A stretch of 57,239 nucleotides of DNA from a virus. Taxonomy: Duplodnaviria > Caudoviricetes. Location: IMG/VR virus record IMGVR_UViG_3300039159_000385, positions 1 through 57,239 of that record; one strand, 5' to 3'. The translations under genes and the position numbers were made by a program. Positions 26,837 through 37,000 of the stretch are shown here, in pieces. Below the pieces are notes generated by a model. The model worked only from the letters and a program-made list of their open reading frames with translations, did not search any database and was not told where the DNA came from. Position 1 is the first letter of the stretch. Every line of letters begins with the position of its first letter.

Positions 26837-27247
26837 TTAGGCGAAGGTGATGTCGAGCGCGCCGATCGCGAACTCCGGCGCGGCGTCCCCGTTGTTGATG
26901 ACACGCGAGGCCGAGAGCGCGCCCCAGATGAGCAGGTTGCCAGCGGTCGAGGCGTCGAAAATCCCGAAGTGCGTGACGGTGCCCCAGTTCGCCGTCGGTG
27001 CGGCAAACGTGATGACGGCCGCGTTGTCGGTCAGCCCGTCGGTGGAGGACGCGGCCGTCCAGTTGGCGTCCAGCGGGGCGCGCGCGACACGCGCATAGGA
27101 GCCGCCGGAGACTTCCGTGCCGCCGCCCGTGTCGCTCGGCGCGGCGGTGTACAGCCCAATCCACAACCCGGCGGGCTTCGTGAAGCTGGCCGTACGGAAC
27201 AGGTGGGCACGGAGCTGCCCTTCGAGATAGTCACTCATTTGCGACAT
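26837..27247 (-). CDS. Phage tail fibre-associated protein
   Basis: MSDYLE, IGLYTAAP, EVSGGSYAR, TF...TANWGTVTHFGIFDA.TAGNLL: a widespread phage virion family. Confidence 0.85.
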   Translation of the reverse strand: MSQMSDYLEGQLRAHLFRTASFTKPAGLWIGLYTAAPSDTGGGTEVSGGSYARVARAPLDANWTAASSTDGLTDNAAVITFAAPTANWGTVTHFGIFDASTAGNLLIWGALSASRVINNGDAAPEFAIGALDITFA

Positions 27248-27291
27248 GGATCAATCCTTGGGTGAGGCGTGAACGGGAGGTGTCCGGGCGA

Positions 27292-27486
27292 CTACTGCGG
27301 CTGAGGCCGGGGGCCGACCATGCGCGTGATGATCTGTTCCGCGATGCCGGAAAACGTGGCAATGCGCACCGACACGCCGAGCACGCGGATCGTCATGGGG
27401 CGCACCATCTCGTAGAGCGACCACACGAACAGCGCCCGCATTTGGGCGTCGATTCCTGCATAACCGGCTTCGGACAGCGCACTCAT
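27292..27486 (-). CDS. Small hypothetical protein
   Basis: ATG after GAGGT. Confidence 0.55.
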   Translation of the reverse strand: MSALSEAGYAGIDAQMRALFVWSLYEMVRPMTIRVLGVSVRIATFSGIAEQIITRMVGPRPQPQ

Positions 27487-27505
27487 GGACGACCTCAGTG
27501 GACGC

Positions 27506-27540
27506 AAAAGGGGGTGCGCTCCGGTGTGGAACGCACCCCC
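27506..27540 (-). terminator. Intrinsic terminator after the endolysin
   Basis: GGGGGTGCGTTCC-ACACC-GGAGCGCACCCCC-TTTT. Confidence 0.8.
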
Positions 27541-27541
27541 T

Positions 27542-27577
27542 ACAGTGCGCCGGACCGAGCCCGGCAGCGTGCGGAAC
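27542..27577 (-). promoter_or_regulatory. Late promoter motif
   Basis: GTTCCGCAC-21nt-CACTGT. Confidence 0.7.
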
Positions 27578-27594
27578 CTGCGTACCGCTCGCGT

Positions 27595-28245
27595 CTACTC
27601 CGCGCCCTCGCCGCTGTCGGCCCCAGGGTCAGTCCCGAGGCCGGGGGCGGGGCCGTCGTCCGCGCGCCACGCCGGGAGCGCGAAAATGTCCAGCATCCCC
27701 CACGCCGCAGGCACGAGGCGTTGGAAGTCGGCCCAGGTGCGGACCACCGGGTAGCCGGGGAACGCGCTGCGCCATCGCACACAGAACCCCGGCGCCGGGA
27801 ACCGCTTCGACGGCAGCGCAACATGGATGAACCCGCGATCGACGTAATAAATCGCCTGCCCGCACACGATCCGGCCCGCCACCGCCAACTGCCACAGGCG
27901 CACCCATGCGGCGAGCTGCGACACGACGACCGGCACGACATCGGCCGCCTCGCCGGGCACATGCTGCGAGGTGGGCGAGCCGCCCACGGCGTCGTTGAGC
28001 GCGCGGGAGCGATACCCGCTGATGATCCGCAGCGGCCCGATCGCGTCGCGCCACGGCTGCATGATCGTCTGCGCGTGACGCTCGACGGTGGGCCGAATGG
28101 CCGTCGGCACGCCGGTCGCCAGGTGCGGGTGGGCGCTGGACACGTTGTATTCGGCGAGCGTGAAATGGCGTGAGACGCGCGCCACGCGCTCGGCCGAGTT
28201 GAGCACCGTTTGTGCCGTCGTCTGCGGGCCGGCGGGCTCGCTCAT
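27595..28245 (-). CDS. Endolysin, peptidase M15A family Zn peptidase
   Basis: HFTLAE, ISGYRS..LN.AVGG...SQH..GEAAD, FIHV. Confidence 0.9.
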   Translation of the reverse strand: MSEPAGPQTTAQTVLNSAERVARVSRHFTLAEYNVSSAHPHLATGVPTAIRPTVERHAQTIMQPWRDAIGPLRIISGYRSRALNDAVGGSPTSQHVPGEAADVVPVVVSQLAAWVRLWQLAVAGRIVCGQAIYYVDRGFIHVALPSKRFPAPGFCVRWRSAFPGYPVVRTWADFQRLVPAAWGMLDIFALPAWRADDGPAPGLGTDPGADSGEGAE

Positions 28246-28700
28246 ACCCCGCGCCCCCCGGACGGATACCGTGGCGTCGGCGGGTCGATCTGCATCGGGT
28301 TGATGCCCGACGACTCCATCTCACGCGCCAGCGCGCCGATCGCGGCTCGATGGGCGCCCGCCAAGACCGCCGCGTTCTCCACCGCGAGCACTTCGGCCGC
28401 CTTCGCTTTTCGCCCGGCGTGCGTCGCAAACGCGATGCCGCTCGACAGCAACAGGTTCACCTCCGCGTGCGTCCAGGCGGACGGGTCGGCGCCAAGCTCG
28501 ACGCCGATCGCCGTCGCCACGCCGGTCAGGAGCGCCGAGAGGACCACGACCATGAACTGCTGCACTTCGCGCGCGCCCGTGCCCGTCGGCTTGCCGAGCT
28601 TCTTCAGGGCGTTCATCAGGTACGGCAGCACCAGCCCAATCACCAGCGGCTGTAATCCCTGTACCAGCATATCCACCAGACTCAGATTGAACACCTTCAT
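28242..28700 (-). CDS. Holin
   Basis: Two to three hydrophobic helices immediately upstream of the endolysin. Confidence 0.65.
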   Translation of the reverse strand: MKVFNLSLVDMLVQGLQPLVIGLVLPYLMNALKKLGKPTGTGAREVQQFMVVVLSALLTGVATAIGVELGADPSAWTHAEVNLLLSSGIAFATHAGRKAKAAEVLAVENAAVLAGAHRAAIGALAREMESSGINPMQIDPPTPRYPSGGRGV

Positions 28701-29182
28701 GTGTCGCCTCGCGCGTCGCGCGTCATAAGGTTGGCCCGCTGCACTAAGTCCTTCACCCCGCTCAGCGATTCCACGAGCGCGAGCGTGCGCGAATCGAGCG
28801 CGCGCAATACCTCCCGGTCGTGCTCCCCGCGCTCGACCAACTGGCCGATGAGGTGCCGCAGGCCGCCGCGCTGATCGGTGTCCCACAGCACTTGCTCGAT
28901 GCGCTGAAACCGCGTCTCGGCCTGCGCCGTTTGCGCCGTGATTTGGGCCGTCACCTGTGCCCGTTGGCTCTCGGTCGCGGCGTTCATCGCGGCAAATCGG
29001 GCGTCTATGTCGCGTTGGAGCGCGCCAATCTGCGCCACCACATCGCGCAGCCCCGGTCCGACCTGATCTTCGATCTTTTTGGCCGACCGCCACTTCGCGG
29101 CGACCCACGACACGATGCCGGTCGCGATGGTTATCACGACCAAACGTTCTACCGTCAGCCAATGGTCTGGTATGGGAATCAT
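28697..29182 (-). CDS. Membrane-anchored coiled-coil lysis-module protein
   Basis: Single N-terminal TM helix followed by a coiled coil, first gene of the lysis cassette. Confidence 0.6.
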   Translation of the reverse strand: MIPIPDHWLTVERLVVITIATGIVSWVAAKWRSAKKIEDQVGPGLRDVVAQIGALQRDIDARFAAMNAATESQRAQVTAQITAQTAQAETRFQRIEQVLWDTDQRGGLRHLIGQLVERGEHDREVLRALDSRTLALVESLSGVKDLVQRANLMTRDARGDT

Positions 29183-29187
29183 CCCTA

Positions 29188-29223
29188 AGGCTAAGGGCAC
29201 CAGCCTGCGGCAGGGTGCGTAAC
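29188..29223 (-). promoter_or_regulatory. Late promoter motif (lysis cassette)
   Basis: GTTACGCAC-21nt-TAGCCT-5nt-ATG. Confidence 0.7.
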
Positions 29224-29264
29224 CGGGTGCGTGGATCGGCGGCGTGGCCGGCCGGCGCCGCTCG

Positions 29265-29714
29265 CTACCAGCGCGGCCCGAACCAGCGCACGCCGCGCCC
29301 CAGGACTGAGGCCCGCCACGGGGCCGCTCCATCGCTTAGCAGCGCCAGTTCGAGCGTCGCGTGGACCTCGGCCGACGGACGCACACGGCGGCGACATTCG
29401 TCGTCATGCAGCATCGTCGCGCGCCGGAACTCGGGACGCTCACGCGAGCCCACGACGCGGCCTACCAGCTCTGGGAAGCTCGCCCCGTCGCTGATCTCGC
29501 CCGGCTCCACCGTCAGGATCCGGCCCGACGCCGTGCGGAAGCGCAACCGCCGCAGGTTGACGATCCGGTACGGGCGATCGCTCACGTGCCGGAACACAAA
29601 GGGGTCCAGCCAGGCGCCATGTGGCGTAATGTGCGGGCCGCTCGATGCGACCACCGTGAAGGCCAGCGCCGTCCCCTCGGCGTACGTGCGCGCCGTGACG
29701 GTGGGCGCGCTCAC
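29265..29714 (-). CDS. DUF1353 family protein
   Basis: TVEPGEISDGASFP...ATMLHD...VRWFG. Confidence 0.8.
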   Translation of the reverse strand: MSAPTVTARTYAEGTALAFTVVASSGPHITPHGAWLDPFVFRHVSDRPYRIVNLRRLRFRTASGRILTVEPGEISDGASFPELVGRVVGSRERPEFRRATMLHDDECRRRVRPSAEVHATLELALLSDGAAPWRASVLGRGVRWFGPRW

Positions 29715-30187
29715 GGGAGGGGCGCCGGTGGTTCGGTGAGCCCCAGCACGGCCGCGCGCCGGGCTTGCGTGTCGCGCGCGGCCAGCACCCCGACCGCCAC
29801 CAGCACATGCAGGCGCGTGGTCACCGCGTCGATCGTCCGTGGATCGTCGAGCGTGACCAGCGGCCCGCGCGTCAGGTGCTTTTCCGCGAGACGCAACGCG
29901 GCGCGTGTCGGCGCGTCGGCCGATTCCAGCGCCATTTCGAGCGCCACCGTCTCGGCGTCCGTGAAGCGCGTCGCCATCAGCGCCGGACTGATCGGCGCCG
30001 GGCGCGGATCCACCGGCACCGGCACGATCCAGTCGAGCGCGTCAGTGCTCCACACGTACGGCCAGGGCGGTGGCGCGTCCCACGCGGGGCGATGCACCAC
30101 CGCGCCGTTGGCGGGCACCACCAGCGCGTCGATGTCTTGATTCCAGCTCAGCAGCGCGCCGCGTGGGCTGACGACCACGTAGAGCAT
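29711..30187 (-). CDS. Tail fibre assembly chaperone-like protein
   Basis: Paralog of 24566..25012. Confidence 0.6.
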   Translation of the reverse strand: MLYVVVSPRGALLSWNQDIDALVVPANGAVVHRPAWDAPPPWPYVWSTDALDWIVPVPVDPRPAPISPALMATRFTDAETVALEMALESADAPTRAALRLAEKHLTRGPLVTLDDPRTIDAVTTRLHVLVAVGVLAARDTQARRAAVLGLTEPPAPLP

Positions 30188-30951
30188 CAGCGGATCGCCA
30201 ACAGTGTCGCAAGCGGCGGCGTGCCGTTCACGATTTTTACCACATGGAAGCACGCCCCGGCCGCCGGGTTCTCCGTGTCGCCGCGTGCGTTCAGCCGCAC
30301 TCGCGCCTCGCTCCCCCACGCCGTCGTCAGCGCGAGCGCGGCGGCCGTCGCGGTGGTCTCGGCCGCGTCGTTGATGCTCTGCCAGAGCGTCACCACGCCG
30401 GTGGCGCTCAGGGTCCACCGCAGGCGCACGCGCTGACCGCTGGTTGGCTGCCCGACGGTCAGGGTTGCGGTGCGCGTAATCGTGCCGTCCGACCAGTTGA
30501 TCCGGTAGTAGGTGCCGCTCGTGTCCAGCCAGAGCCGGGCGCCGCTGACCGCGTCGTTGCAGATCGCGAACAGCGTGGCCCCGGCGGTGCCCACGCGCGC
30601 GCCGGTTTCGACCATTTCGAGGTAGCCGCTGAGCTCCGAAATCGGCGGCGGATCGGCAAACACGAGACGGTCGCTCGGCCCCATCCGGATCCCGGCACGC
30701 ATGGCACCGCTCGCGTCGAGGCGCGATTCGTACGCCACCTGTGCATCGACCGCCGTGTAACTCACGGCGTTGTTGTCGAGCACGCCGGCGAGCGTCGCGC
30801 CGCGCGAGAACACGCCGAGGTGTCCCGACTCCGCGCGCAGCAATCCGTCGCTCGTTTCCTCCATCGCCGCGACATCGAGAAAGAACCCGCAGCGCGACAC
30901 GACTTCGAGCGCCGCCGCCGAGAGCGGGGACCCAAACGGTGGGAAACTCAT
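30187..30951 (-). CDS. Concanavalin/LamG-like tail protein
   Basis: Beta-sandwich-type composition, downstream of the Dit-like gene. Confidence 0.55.
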   Translation of the reverse strand: MSFPPFGSPLSAAALEVVSRCGFFLDVAAMEETSDGLLRAESGHLGVFSRGATLAGVLDNNAVSYTAVDAQVAYESRLDASGAMRAGIRMGPSDRLVFADPPPISELSGYLEMVETGARVGTAGATLFAICNDAVSGARLWLDTSGTYYRINWSDGTITRTATLTVGQPTSGQRVRLRWTLSATGVVTLWQSINDAAETTATAAALALTTAWGSEARVRLNARGDTENPAAGACFHVVKIVNGTPPLATLLAIR

Positions 30952-30952
30952 C

Positions 30953-31756
30953 TCAAAATCTCCACGCCAAACGGTGACGGTACTGCGCCGTCCCGGCCGA
31001 CATGGCCAGCGACGGATACATGCCGCGTGATCGGTCCACATCCGTCGCGTTCGGTGCGAACCAATCGCCGCCCGTCAGCCAGTGGTACACATTCGTGCGC
31101 ACACCGCTCGCACTGACGCGCGTGACACGCCACCGCGCCAGGTCGATGCGCAGATGTTCGCCCGCTGCAAACGTGTCCGTGGCCGGGACGAAAATCGTCA
31201 GCGAACCGTACACGATGCCATTCGCGCCGCGATACACGAGGACGCGCGAACCACTCCACCCACCCGGCATGGTGATAACGCCGAGCGACGGCAGTGTCCC
31301 GACGATGATCGGCGTCGGCGTCGTGGTCAGTGCAATGATCGTCGGGCTGATGTCGTAGCTCGCCGCATCATACGCGCGAAACTGTAGCGACAGCTTGAGC
31401 GACGGCAACACAAAATGTGTCGCACTCGCAAACGCTTCGACCGTCGCCCCCAGGTATTCCGCGCGCACCACCTTCGTCGCGCTATCCATGCGCGTGATAC
31501 GCACGATGCCCGTGAGCCAATCCGCGATCGCGTTCTGCTTGGCTTCGCGCTCCTCGATCGTATCGGCCCGCAGCAACGTGTGCAGCACCAGGTCGCGCGG
31601 CTCCGTGCGGGCGCGCGTGTTGGGGCGGCTCGCCATGTAGTCAACCACCGACTCACTCGTGCGATCCACGCGCGGCGTGTGAAACCAGTTATCAAACGGC
31701 GGCAACAGCGCGAGACTGAAATCGCCCAGGCTGCGGCCCTGCAACGTGATTGGCAT
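30953..31756 (-). CDS. Distal tail (Dit-like) protein
   Basis: EPRDLVL, LQFRAYD, LRIDL..W.V, terminal RLAWRF. Size and position fit. Confidence 0.7.
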   Translation of the reverse strand: MPITLQGRSLGDFSLALLPPFDNWFHTPRVDRTSESVVDYMASRPNTRARTEPRDLVLHTLLRADTIEEREAKQNAIADWLTGIVRITRMDSATKVVRAEYLGATVEAFASATHFVLPSLKLSLQFRAYDAASYDISPTIIALTTTPTPIIVGTLPSLGVITMPGGWSGSRVLVYRGANGIVYGSLTIFVPATDTFAAGEHLRIDLARWRVTRVSASGVRTNVYHWLTGGDWFAPNATDVDRSRGMYPSLAMSAGTAQYRHRLAWRF

Positions 31757-34074
31757 TACAACCGCTCCGCAAGTAGTCGAGTCATGCGCGTCGAGCGCCC
31801 ATCGAGCACCGCGCGCGAGTTGTCCGGGTTCACCAGGTCGAGCCTGAGCGCCACGACGCGCGGATACACACCCGCGTCGCCCAGATCGAGCCGGCCGCCG
31901 AGCGTCAACCGCTCCGTCGTGATGTCATAGCCGGCCGCAATCGACAGATCAAAGTACGTGACTTCGATGTTCTCGCCGTCGTGCTGGCGTGCCAGCAGTT
32001 CGCGGTTCGCGCGCTGCCACAGCAGCGTGCCCCACGAGCCGTCATAGATCGGCACGCCTTGGCTCAGGCCGAGCCACAGGTTGACCCAGCGCACCATCTG
32101 GAACATCGTCGTGAGGCCGGGGAGCAGCCCAACCGTGACCGTGCGGTCGGCCGTGAGCGTGGCGGCAATCTCGACGGTTTCGTGATACACCACCGGTCCG
32201 ACGGGGATGAGCCCCCAGACCATGCCATGCGCAAGCACTGTCGGCGTGGATGTCACGTCGAGCAGGAGCACCCCCGGCAACTCTTTCCGCGCATAGTTCG
32301 GGAAGATGGCGACCGCATCCGCAAACAACTGCGGGTTGTTCGAGTGAACCCACGTGCTGCCGTCAAAGTATTCATTCCCGCGCACGAGGGCGGTCCCATT
32401 GGTGATCGTGAACCCGACCGAGGCGTTGACCTGCTGCGTGCCGCCGCCCACCTTGACCGCGACGCTGGGCGCGCGCAGTTGGTTATGACCGACCACGGGC
32501 GGCCACGCAGTGCTCGACTGCGTGGTGGCAAAGCGGAGCATGAACCCGGCCACGGTGCGCACACGCGGCTCGTCCGGCATCGTCGCGTTGCTCGGCCGGA
32601 CCGGGCCGAACGTCTTGTTCGGCGGCGCAAACGGGTAGATGGTCGCTAGTTGCATGACGCGACCGGCCGGAATCGAAGCCGGACACGGCGTGATCGGGAG
32701 CGTGATGGCGCCAAAGGCGTCCGCCGTATGTACGGTCCCGGTCACGGTCACGGGGATACTGCCGATCGTCGAGCGGAGCACTTCCGTGCCGTAGAAGCGC
32801 GCCCCGGCGGTCGTCCCTTCGATCGCGATCGACGTGGCGTTCAGCGCCGTCACGCCGACCGTCGTCCCGCCTTCATCGCCCGACGCCTCCGGCCGCCGGT
32901 AGCGCGCGACCAGACACGTTCCCACGACCGTCCAGCCACCGACCGGCGTGCCGTCGTCCACCCATTCGACCCATGTCGCATTGGGGACCAGATTGCGCTC
33001 CCCGCGCACCGTGTCCACCGCAATCGTGCGCGCGATCCGGCGCGTGTTGGGCGCCGTCAACTCCACCAGGCGCTTGCCCGTCGCGGTGAGGACAAACTGC
33101 ACGCGCTGACCGACCACAAAGCCCGTATTACTCGCCACCTCCACCGCTTGGTCGATGATCCGTGAGCCGGTGATCGCGACCGTCACGCCGTCGTCGCGCA
33201 TGAGGCGCGCCCCGACATCGACCAACTGTCCATCGAACGCCAGCGGTCCCTCGCGGCCTTGCACATCGGCGAGCGTGAGCCAGGCGGGCGCGGTGCCGAT
33301 GATGCTCGTGAGCGTCCACACCGCGTCGGCAATCGTCGGGCCGCGCTCGGCGCCCGTCGGCACTTGGCCCATGATCGTGATCGCCGTCGCGCGCTCGCCG
33401 ATGTCGGTCTGTCGCGTGCGCGTGCGCAGGTTGCGACCCCACCGGATCACCGGGCGCGGCGCCCCCGCGCCTAACTCGGCTACCAGGTCCAGCGCGAACG
33501 CCGTCCCGCCGACGCGACGAAGCCCAAGCTCCAACCCTTGATCGGCTTGCAGCGCGCGCACGATTTCGAGCGGCGTGACCCCGGTCGCCCCGAATTGCAG
33601 CACCATCCATTCGTCCGATTCAATCGTGCCCGGCGTCCACCACGTTTGCCCGCGCGCGTCCATCCAGTCGCACACATACTGGACCCACTGCGTGATCGTC
33701 AACTCGGCGCCAGCATCGAACACCGGCAGCAGCCCCAGCGTATCGACAATAATGCCGACATCGGCCAGCTCCATCAGCGGCGACTCGCCCGTGAACTCAT
33801 ACACGTCGCTCTCGCTCGCGCCCTCGACAATCCGCACGCCCGCGACGCGGAACTCGCGCACCACGCCGGTCAAATCGACGACCCGATGCACCTCACCCGT
33901 CACGATGTCGCGCCCGATGTCCACCGGCACGCGCAGTCGGTACGATTGCGGCTCGTCAATCGCGTCGCTGATTTCACATTCGTCGTACACGCCGACCAGC
34001 CCGATCGGCACGCCGCCCGCGCACTCGTAGTCCGTCCACCGCGACACGCGGCCCGGCACATCGGTCAGCGGCAT
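31756..34074 (-). CDS. Tail tip/hub (Tal-like) protein
   Basis: 772 aa directly after the tape measure, with IRWGRNLR...T.I...G hub-like motifs. Confidence 0.7.
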   Translation of the reverse strand: MPLTDVPGRVSRWTDYECAGGVPIGLVGVYDECEISDAIDEPQSYRLRVPVDIGRDIVTGEVHRVVDLTGVVREFRVAGVRIVEGASESDVYEFTGESPLMELADVGIIVDTLGLLPVFDAGAELTITQWVQYVCDWMDARGQTWWTPGTIESDEWMVLQFGATGVTPLEIVRALQADQGLELGLRRVGGTAFALDLVAELGAGAPRPVIRWGRNLRTRTRQTDIGERATAITIMGQVPTGAERGPTIADAVWTLTSIIGTAPAWLTLADVQGREGPLAFDGQLVDVGARLMRDDGVTVAITGSRIIDQAVEVASNTGFVVGQRVQFVLTATGKRLVELTAPNTRRIARTIAVDTVRGERNLVPNATWVEWVDDGTPVGGWTVVGTCLVARYRRPEASGDEGGTTVGVTALNATSIAIEGTTAGARFYGTEVLRSTIGSIPVTVTGTVHTADAFGAITLPITPCPASIPAGRVMQLATIYPFAPPNKTFGPVRPSNATMPDEPRVRTVAGFMLRFATTQSSTAWPPVVGHNQLRAPSVAVKVGGGTQQVNASVGFTITNGTALVRGNEYFDGSTWVHSNNPQLFADAVAIFPNYARKELPGVLLLDVTSTPTVLAHGMVWGLIPVGPVVYHETVEIAATLTADRTVTVGLLPGLTTMFQMVRWVNLWLGLSQGVPIYDGSWGTLLWQRANRELLARQHDGENIEVTYFDLSIAAGYDITTERLTLGGRLDLGDAGVYPRVVALRLDLVNPDNSRAVLDGRSTRMTRLLAERL

Positions 34075-34080
34075 CGACGA

Positions 34081-37000
34081 TCAGCTCGTGATCGCCACAT
34101 TACCCGTCTCGCGCGTGAGGCGCCCCGCCTGTCGTCCCAGAATCTCATCCACGGCCGGCGCCACCTGGCGCGCGATCGTGTTGCCCGCGTCACGCGCCGT
34201 CATGCCGTTGAGCGACGCACCCGACACGGTGACGTTGACCGTCACGCCGCCGCTTGATGCGCCACCCGATTTTTGGTCGATCGAGCGCAACACCAACAAC
34301 TGCGACAGACTGATGTCCACGAGGCGCATCGCCGTGCCTTCGCTGATCGTTTGCACGCCCGTGCGCGAGTAGTTCATCGTCACGCCACCGGCGCCGCTCG
34401 TGCGATCCGCCTGGCGCACCGCCTCCGCTTCGCGATCCGTAATCGCAGCCTGCGATTCGTTGAACGATTGCGCGCGCGACGACGCTTGAAAGTATTGCGC
34501 AATCTTGTCGTTCATCGCCATCTGCGCCGCTGTCAACTCCACACCCGGCGTCGCACGCGTGAACAGCGCGCGGATCGCGCCTTCGTCCATGCCACCGAAT
34601 CCGAGCAGTGATTTCGTGTCCGCGAGTTGTTCGTTGGCGTCGGCGCCGAACACCGCCCACTGCTGATTGAGCGTCGTCAGGTTGGCCTGCATGATGCGCG
34701 CCGCTTCTTCGGCCGCGAACGCCGTTTCGAGCAACGCCGGCGCCACGCTGTCGCGCAATGTTTTCGCGAACGCCTCAAACGCTTCGCTCGTGATCGTGCC
34801 TTCGTCCACCAACACTTTCGCCGCACGGATGCGCTGCTCGACGTTCGTCGTTTGCTCAAGCGCGCCCGCCGCAAACCGATCCGATGCACTGCCCGTCAGC
34901 GACGCCGCCGCGTTCGCTGCGTCCACCGCGAAACCTTCTTGCGAACGCAGCACGTTCTCGCGCGCTATCGCAACCAAACGCTCGCGCTTTTCGCCCCACG
35001 CGGTTTCAATCGCGGCAAACTCAGCATCCGTAATCACGCCCGCACTCAACAGGTCGCGGTAGCCGGCGAGCGCCTGCTGCATCTGCAACCCGCTCGACAA
35101 AATCGCGCTCTCGATCGGATTGCGCGCCAACTCGGCATTGAGCCCGGCGAGGCCATCCTGAAACTGCTGGCGCAGCCCGGCAATAAAGAGCGCCATTTCC
35201 GCGCCGCTGCGCCGGATCTCGTTGGCCGTTTCCGTCACCCGTTCATCATTCGTAAGTGTCGTGTCCTGCTGAATCGCGCGCACCGCAAGCGCCGTCGCCG
35301 TCGCCATGCCGGCCAACTGGCCCGCCACCGGGCCGCCGACGATCGCCGCGTCACGCTGGAACCCGCTCAGGTTGCGATCGGTTCGCGCGTTCGCGTCGGC
35401 CTGCGCACGCTGCTGCTGCACCTGTATCCATTCCAACTCTTGCGCGATCAACAACTGCGTCACATCACGATTCGCTTCGCGCGCCTCGGCCAACTCGTTT
35501 TCGTACTGGTTGGTACGCCGCGCATCCTCGGCGGCGCGCGGATTGTTGCCCGCGTCCAGGATCCGGCCCGCGTTGTTCGTATCGAACGCCACCGCCGCGC
35601 GCTGCGCCTGCGCCTCGGCCAGCGCCGCCGCCTTGTTGATTTCGTCGATTGCTTTCGTGTGGATCACCCCGCTCTTGCGCACCGCCTCCGCGTACGCGTC
35701 CGTCGTGAGTTCGCCCGCGTCGAGAAACACTTTCAGATTCGCCAGGCGATCCTGCAACTGCCGGCCGGCTTCCGCGATCGCCACGAGCGCGCCCTGCCCG
35801 GTCGCTTGGAGATAGTCGACGTTCAGCGCCTCCATGACGACCGGCACGAGCGCCTTGATCCGCGCCTCAAGCGCGTCCACCACTTGGGCTAGCCCTTGGG
35901 CGAACTTGATGAGCTTCACGCCCTCTATGTCGTTGGTTGCGTTCCCGTCGCGCAGCAGCCCCTGCCCGCGCGTCCGGATCGCATCGACGTTCTGGCGCGT
36001 CAGATACTCCTCGGGCCGGCGGCCCGCTTGGAGATTGACCCCCGTCGCGGCCGCCAACCCGGTGACCAACGTGCCCGCGTCGCGCGTCAGGGCCTTGATG
36101 CTCGCCTGCACGGAGGACAGCACCTCGCCCGCGCGCGCAAACTCGTCGAGCGCCCGGTTGAACTGTGCGGCCGCCGCTTCCATCTGCCGTGCCCGCTCCT
36201 TCGCCCGCGTCCCGAACACGTCGAACGCATCAGCGACCGCCGCCACGCCAATGATGACGGCGCCCACGCCGCTGAGCGCCGCCACCCCAGCCGCCGCGCC
36301 CGCGCCGCCGGAGAGGGCCTTCCCGACGCTCACCGCCTCGCCTGCCCCATTCTTGAGGCCTTGGAGTGCGACGACCCCTTGGAGCGCGCCGGTCGCGCCC
36401 TGCAACCCTTGGCGCGCCTCGGGCGAGAGTTGCCGCGCCAGGCTCGCGAGCTGCGTCAACACGCCGAGCCCCTGCGCGAGCGTCTCCACCCACTGGCCGG
36501 ATTCCTTGTTCACCTCGGCCTGCGCGTCCAGCACCCGGCGCTGCTGCTTCACGATCTCGTCAGCCATCGCGGTCTCGCGGGCGGCATTGATGCCGCCCGC
36601 GACCAGCGTGCCCGTGACGCGCTGCTTTTCCTCGAAATCGTCGATCTTCGCCTGAAACGCGTCGGCGCCTTTCTGGCCGAGCACGGGCACCAGGTCCGTC
36701 TGGATCGCACGGGCGCGCTCCGCGCGGTCGGCCTCGCGCGTCAACTCGGCGATGTCCTTTTGCACGGCCCAGAGCGTTTTCATTTTCTCGACCAACCGAT
36801 CCACGCGCACCCCGGTCGTTGCTTGCGCGGTCGCGTTCAGGGCGTCCTTCGCCGTGTCCGCCCACCCGGCCAGCTCGGCCAACTGTTCGCGGTACATGAT
36901 GAGCCCTTCGACGTGCAGCGCCTTCGCCGTGCGCGTCTCAATCTCGGCGGCCGACAGGCCCGCCTTTTTCCACTCCGCTTGCGTCGCCTTGAGCTTCGTC

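Noticed and set aside
23736-30187. Diversity-generating retroelement or invertible tail-fibre cassette
   Set aside because: No reverse transcriptase or invertase, and no adenine-specific TR/VR pair or flanking inverted repeats seen.
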